A stretch of 64,000 bases of DNA, taken from NCBI RefSeq assembly GCF_009914755.1, contig NC_060943.1, one strand, 5' to 3'. Below are positions 55,500 to 64,000 of the stretch, in pieces. A program made the translations under genes and the position numbers. Position 1 is the stretch's first letter. Every line of letters begins with the position of its first letter. The notes under the pieces were generated by a model, which saw only the letters and a program-made list of their open reading frames with translations, did not search any database and was not told the origin of the DNA. Source of the DNA: the human T2T-CHM13v2.0 reference genome, Homo sapiens.

Positions 55500-58300
55500 T
55501 GATGCCCATAACTAAAAATCACGTTCATAATTTAATTTGGGGGGATCGGTTGCCAAATGCTCATTAAACAATTGGGTCTTTGAAAATGCTATCTTTAGAT
55601 TTTTTTTAATTGACCTATTATTTTCTGGCTCTAGCTGCCAGATCCCCCACCGCAAACAAGGAGAAGCTTGCTACCTGGACTTTCTTTGATGAATAGTTTT
55701 AATTAAAAAATTCTGTACCATAAGTATTTTAATCTTACAAACATACCAAAGGTATGCAGTCATAAATTTACAAACACATTTAAATTAATCTATAAATATG
55801 CTGCAAAATTGACAAGGCATATTTAAGCCGAAGGATGCACCATAGATGTGCTAATAATGACAATTAAGAATCGTGTAAAATAAATGAAAATCAATACTCA
55901 GAACAGGTTGACAAAAAGGAAAAAAGGGAGGAACTAAAACAACGTGTAGTTTGACTATTAGGGGAAAAAATTAGTAGCTGCTTGTAGTTTTGAAATGTCT
56001 ACTACCGTGAAGGAAGGGCTCCTGGTGGCATTTTTTTTTCTCATTCTCGTGGATCATAAAAACGCCCCTGCTGGGGTGACAAGACGGACCTATTTGGGTT
56101 GGGTGGTCTGGAAGGAGGAGGGCTCTGCTTCAATTCTCTAAACAAAATATACACCTTGCCAGTTACAGATCTGAAAGGAAACCATCCAAGGTAAGCTATG
56201 TGCCTAGATGCTGACACATGGACACATTTTTTTTGCACATGGTGATCTGTTTTCTGCTTTTTAAGCACTGGGACAAGTTGTGGGGGTGTCTGTGCTCCAG
56301 GAGGCAGGAGTATTTTGTGGCCAAGACAGGTAACTACCTGTGCTATAGGCATCACGGGTCATCCACTCACAGGAGCAAGAGGTGCTCAGGAGCACCTTTG
56401 TGTCTCCCGGCAGAAAGCACCAACTGCAAAGAGACGTGAGTGTGCCGCTCCCACTAATTCACAGAGTGCCTTGCTGTGCCGAACCAGGAAACACACGCTA
56501 ACCTTCATGGCTACATTCATATTAAAAGACAACTTTGCGTCTTTCAATCATGTATTTCCCTCTAATTAAGGCATATTCACTTTTTCCCCCTAATTAGGTA
56601 TTCTTTGTTGCATAATGTTTGCTCTAATCTTTCGGAATCTTTCTCAATATCCAGTCATTACAGGCTCCCCTCGAATTCAACCAAAGCATGTTATTTTTTC
56701 TGCTAATTACATCCTCATTTACAGATTGGCGCCTCCTCTGATTGGCTCTGCGCACCAGTTGCTATGACTTCATTAGTCGTGTCTCCTGACCCTGTTATTT
56801 CTTGTGACAGGACTTGCTCCTCGTGTCCTGTGGCTCCAGATCCCTGGGTCACTTCTCACCAGGGTTGAAATAGTGTCAAACACACGAGGGTTTAGGGTGC
56901 GGGAATCAGTGCTGCAGTTACTAATTACTACACACAGTAACGGTACAAATTACTGCTGCTGGCTGGGCCTTTATTTCCTCCTCTTTTTTTTAAATTAATG
57001 TTTTAAAGGTGTCATTAGCAGGTTAGTTTCATTTTAAAAATGTGCCTGATTAAAAAAAAAAAAAAAGCGAAATGTGTCTCCCTGCCAGGGCTCTTTCACA
57101 TACAGAACCCCAAAAGCTTTAGTTTTGTAGGGGGCTGCCGCCTAGTGAGCACAGAACTTCAGCTTTGGCTCAATTACCATCAATCTCAAAAATATTGAAT
57201 TTTAAAATCTCGAAGGTGGTGCTAATAGAATTTTCTAACCCAAGGCATTCACACATTTAAAAAAAAAGAAAACAAGCGAAATTTTTAAAACTATACAAAA
57301 TTTCAACACACGAGCGTAAATTGTATTTATTAAATAACAAGATGAAGCTCTCTAGGTAACCACATTTAAAAAAAAAGAATGTAGCTCATTAGATGAGTTA
57401 TGTATATTAAGGGATAATTAAAATGAATGAATTACATTTGAGTACCAATGCTATCTTTTTAACAAGCAGAATTGGGTAACAGGACCTGAACATTTAGGGG
57501 GTGCCCAAGGCAGAGAGTGTGTGTGATCCTCACTTTCGGATTCTAGGCCATCGGAATATCCCAGTTTCCTGGAATCAAAGGTCCAGGAAGAGTCAAGCCT
57601 GCAGAGTTTAAATGCAAGTTAGTTAATATGAAAAATGCTGTATCTAGTTGTTTGCAAAATTACTTTTGTTGATTAAAAGGCTCTTCAGAACTTCCGGCTG
57701 GTGAAAGGGTTTTAAATTGTCTAATGCTGATTGTGATTGCTATGCAGAAAAAAGGCAGTGCAAAGCAAACCATTATATCACTGAATCTTTGTTAAGCAGG
57801 CCTTGAAAGTGTCTGACAGCATAATTAATCTTGTGATATTAACAAAGAAACCAACTCAATAGTATTGAAGATGCTTATTAAAAATACTAAATACCTTTTT
57901 CCACTTAAAAAACCTTTTGAAACAGTGTGGGAAGTGGCATTACCTTTTTGTTTTTGCAGCATTTTCAACTAAAATTGATACTAGGGTCTACAGCGCAGCA
58001 GCAAAATTGTGAAGTGGACAACAATAAGAATTAGTTTAAAAAACCATAATTCCCAGCCAAGAACACTGGCTGGGCTCATCATCCTGGCAGCCGCAGGCTC
58101 CGACAACACCCTTTGCAGAAAACCCACTTTCCAAAGTTTAGGCAGAATGAATGGTTGGTAACAAAAATCTGCAAAATATGAGCCTTCTACACATTGTTAT
58201 TTTCACTTGGGGATCTCAAGTGAAAAGACCAAGTGTATACAACCATTTATGTTTCCAAACAGTTTGAGAGGCATGGGACATATGTGGATTATTCGGGGTT
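55500..58300. promoter_or_regulatory. Candidate cluster of conserved non-coding enhancer elements
   Basis: About 2.8 kb without recognisable repeats. Very dense TAAT/TAATTA, GTCATAAA (55759-55766), two ATTGG boxes and NKX-type CAAGTG sites. Confidence 0.5.
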
Positions 58301-58536
58301 CTTTTTTGTGAAGGCAGGGTTTGCAAGCCAGCTATTTAGGGCTTCCTGGACCCCCTGGGGAACTGAACCATGTCCATATCTTGGGAAAATAACTGGGGCC
58401 CCGACAAACCTCAGCACTGTATCTCACTTATTCTGGCAATGTGTGAGTATGGCAATGGTGTCCTGTAAGCTGGGCGAGACACTGGGGGTATGGGCACGGG
58501 CCTTGGTGAGCAGGGGTAGAGGAGAGGATTCCCCTT

Positions 58537-58890
58537 TGATATGGTTTGGCTCTGTGTCCCCATCCAAATCTCATCTTGAATTGTACTCTCATAGTTCCCA
58601 CGTGTTGTGGGAGGGACCCGGTGGGAGATAGTTTGAATCATGGGGGCGGTTTCCCCCATACTGTTCCCCTGGTGGTGAGTGAGTATCACGAGATCTGATG
58701 GTTTTGTTGGGGGGTTCTGCTTTTGTATCTTCCTCATTTCCTCTTGCCACCACCACGTAAAAAGTGCTTTTCACTTCCTGCCATGATTCTGGGGCCTCCC
58801 CAGCCATGTGGAACTGTGGATCCATTTGAATCTCTTTTTCTTCCCAGTCTTGGTTATGTCTTTATCAGCAGCGTGAAAACTGACAAATAC
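58537..58890 (+). mobile_element. THE1 (THE1B-like) solo LTR
   Basis: tgatatggtttggc start and 'gtctttatcagcagcgtgaaaactgacaaatac' end. Confidence 0.93.
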
Positions 58891-58949
58891 CTATTGGCAG
58901 AATTTTTACCTTGGATGGTGACTAAAGAGAGCATTAATATGTGACACAT

Positions 58950-59320
58950 TTGCAATTGGCAATTGCTGTGCAACCAAACTAGTAACCACACAATGCAATC
59001 ACCTGAATGCCTAGAGCAACAGCATTTATCCAGATTACATGTCTGTGGGATGACCTGAAGATCGGCAGGTCTTGGCTGGGCAGTTCCACTGATTTTGGTT
59101 GGGCTGGCTCGTTCCTGCATCTGCAAGTCAGCTAGACTAGCCTGGTGGACCAGGCTGGGGCAGTTCAGCGCCATGAGTCTCTCATGCTCACTGTCCCCAG
59201 CATGGCCTTCTCATAGTCATGGCAGAAGCACAAGAAAGCAAGTGAAAACCCAGGAGGCTGCCTAAGGCTGAGGGTCCTAACTGGGAGTAAATGTTACATT
59301 GAGTGGCCAGGACAGAGTTA
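58950..59320 (-). mobile_element. Old MLT1-type LTR remnant
   Basis: 'caacagcatttat...cttggctgggcagttc...ttctcatagtcatggcagaagcacaaga'. Confidence 0.5.
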
Positions 59321-59589
59321 ATGGAACAGAAACACTTTGGGAGGAAGTCACGAATAGGACTGAAAGGCATATGTTAACACATTTGGATTTATCCTGCTTC
59401 CATCCTGCACTTTTCTTAAAGAAAGTTTTAACACCTAATTATAACTCAAGTCTTCTGCAAAGTAAAAATACGAGGTAATTTATTTACTTTGGTATTAAGG
59501 AGAAAAAAATTAGAATGCAGTATGGGTTTTCCACAATGTCAGTAGTTAAAAGAGAGCCAGTTAGAAGAGAATGGGTTGGACAATGTTTT

Positions 59590-61130
<1,541 letters not shown>

Positions 61131-61287
61131 CCATATCCACCCTGGAGGGCAGCTGTGACTGCTTTCAGTGCACACACTATCTGCAACTCAGGTTGGTTGC
61201 AGAGTATGCAGTGCATGCAGGAAATTTCCCAGGGAGCATGTTCAGAATTAACATTCAAGAGAGTGAAATCGGTAGAAGTTGAACTGA

Positions 61288-61620
<333 letters not shown>

Positions 61621-62095
61621 CAGCTATTCTGTTATCTTACAGGGAGATCTGGAGCTGGGATGGCCCTTCAGAGCTGTCTACCATTCCCCACCAGATACAA
61701 AGAGGCAAGTCCCAGGACCTAGGGCCAGGACCTCTCTGAGTCCCCTGGAGAAAGACTCAGTTGAGAGCCATTGGCAGCAGCTGAGGCTCCCTTGGTCTTG
61801 AACTGGATGGCTTGGTGGCCCAAAATTGTAACCACCATACTCTATGATCCAGGAATTCTACCACTTGAAACGTCTCTTCAGGAAGCTCTCACAGAGGACC
61901 GCAAGAGGCACAGTATGGATGCTGGTCACAATATTAATTGTTGGGGGCAGGAATTGGAAGTCTGTATGGGGAAGGTAAGTAAAATGTGAAAATGTGTAGT
62001 GATTCAAAGTAATGGATTATATGTTCACATAGCAATAGGGAACTTATCATTTATATCAGTTAAAATACATGCACACTAACAATATATGCCGGTCA

Positions 62096-62360
<265 letters not shown>

Positions 62361-62476
62361 ATAACACATACTAAAGAATAGATAAGCATTAAACACACTG
62401 CAATGATTGTCTACAGAGGGAAGGGAATTGGGTTAAAAGAGAATAAATAAATAGACAAGTCAAAACCAAGGAATCT

Positions 62477-62974
<498 letters not shown>

Positions 62975-63764
62975 TCAATGATGACAATGTGTTCTAAACT
63001 GAGGATTACAATGAACTCAAACCTCTGCACCTGAGTCCCAGGGGAAAAAATCATAGTAGTGTCAGAAATTTCTATCCATTATTTAGGTTAACCTCAGATT
63101 ATTCCACATACCTTTTTTTTTTTCCACACCTAATCTGCAGTAGGTCTCCTAGAGCTGTGGTCCAGCTGATATATCTATTTTTTAGGAAATCAGGGATGAT
63201 TTTCCAGATGTTTTGGATAGATGTTTTCATATTTGAATCTAATTAAGGGTTTGCAAAAGACCACAACAACAAAAAACTTGTAGAAAAAGGTTTACATTCT
63301 TTCTTCACTCTTTGGATTTGGTTTGAAGAGAACGAATCCAAGCATGGGGTTTGAAAAGATGTTGCCGATGGAAGTTGAGCATGGAGGAAATCAGGAGTTA
63401 GGAGAAGGGGGAAGAGAGCACTGCATTGCTCCAGCCGGGTGGAGGGTGTTCCTGGAGGAAACACAAGTGAAAAGTGAAGTTTTACAATGAGGAGGAGAAA
63501 CAAAGTTAAAGAGATCCTCAAGTATTTTTAAACTGTGAAACTGCCAAAGAGAATTTGAGGCAGAATGTACACAGTCCACATGGGGAAATGTTTTTTATAG
63601 AAAAATCCAGTTTCTAGGATATTCTTATCACAGGGCTGGGAGGCAGAGAACAGATTCAGAACAATGGCTTTGTCGAACTCTTAAAGCCAAGAGAGTCCAG
63701 CTCCTTGTCTGAAAGTCTGTACTCCTGAAAGTAAGAAAATATATACAGGAAGATGCATTAAGAG

Positions 63765-63945
63765 GCAGCCCAGGTTCCAGTACCAACAGTCACAGCCCTC
63801 CTCTGTTCCTTCCGCAAGCCTCACTCTTTTTTGAGCCTCAGCTTGACCATCTGTAAAAGGAAAAGGTCAACTTTTTTTTTTCTCAACTTTTAGGAACTGA
63901 TGCAAAAGAGTGATGTAAGAAAGTGTTGATAAAATCTCTGCCCCA
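63765..63945 (+). mobile_element. MIR SINE
   Basis: 'tgagcctcagcttgaccatctgtaaaagg'. Confidence 0.6.
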
Positions 63946-64000
63946 GCTGTCAGGAAGCTACAGAGAAACAGCTGAGTCCCATCATGTAAGCAACAAACTG

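Overview
Primate (most likely human) non-coding genomic DNA: an intergenic or deep-intronic window with no supportable protein-coding gene, RNA gene, CRISPR array or prokaryotic feature. All supplied ORFs are either chance ORFs or read through Alu/L1/LTR/simple repeats. A large share of the window is interspersed repeat: old L1M blocks at both ends, about 17 Alu/monomer insertions (many with visible target-site duplications, TSDs), MaLR solo LTRs (THE1/MST/MLT1), two ERV1 solo LTRs, L2 and MIR relics and a few DNA-transposon fossils. Repeat-free stretches at about 15.6-16.4, 26.9-27.2, 41.0-41.3, 43.5-44.1, 53.4-54.1 and 55.5-58.3 kb are dense in homeodomain/TALE-type motifs and look like the conserved enhancer clusters of a developmental-gene regulatory landscape (inference; needs conservation data). 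The clearest structural oddities are a THE1 LTR inserted antisense into another THE1 LTR, giving a roughly 300-bp inverted repeat, a twin-primed 5'-inverted L1PA with a 20-bp TSD, and two trimeric Alus. I found no evidence for a new multi-gene biological system. Repeat subfamily names come from recalled consensus features, not a database search, and boundaries without a TSD are approximate.
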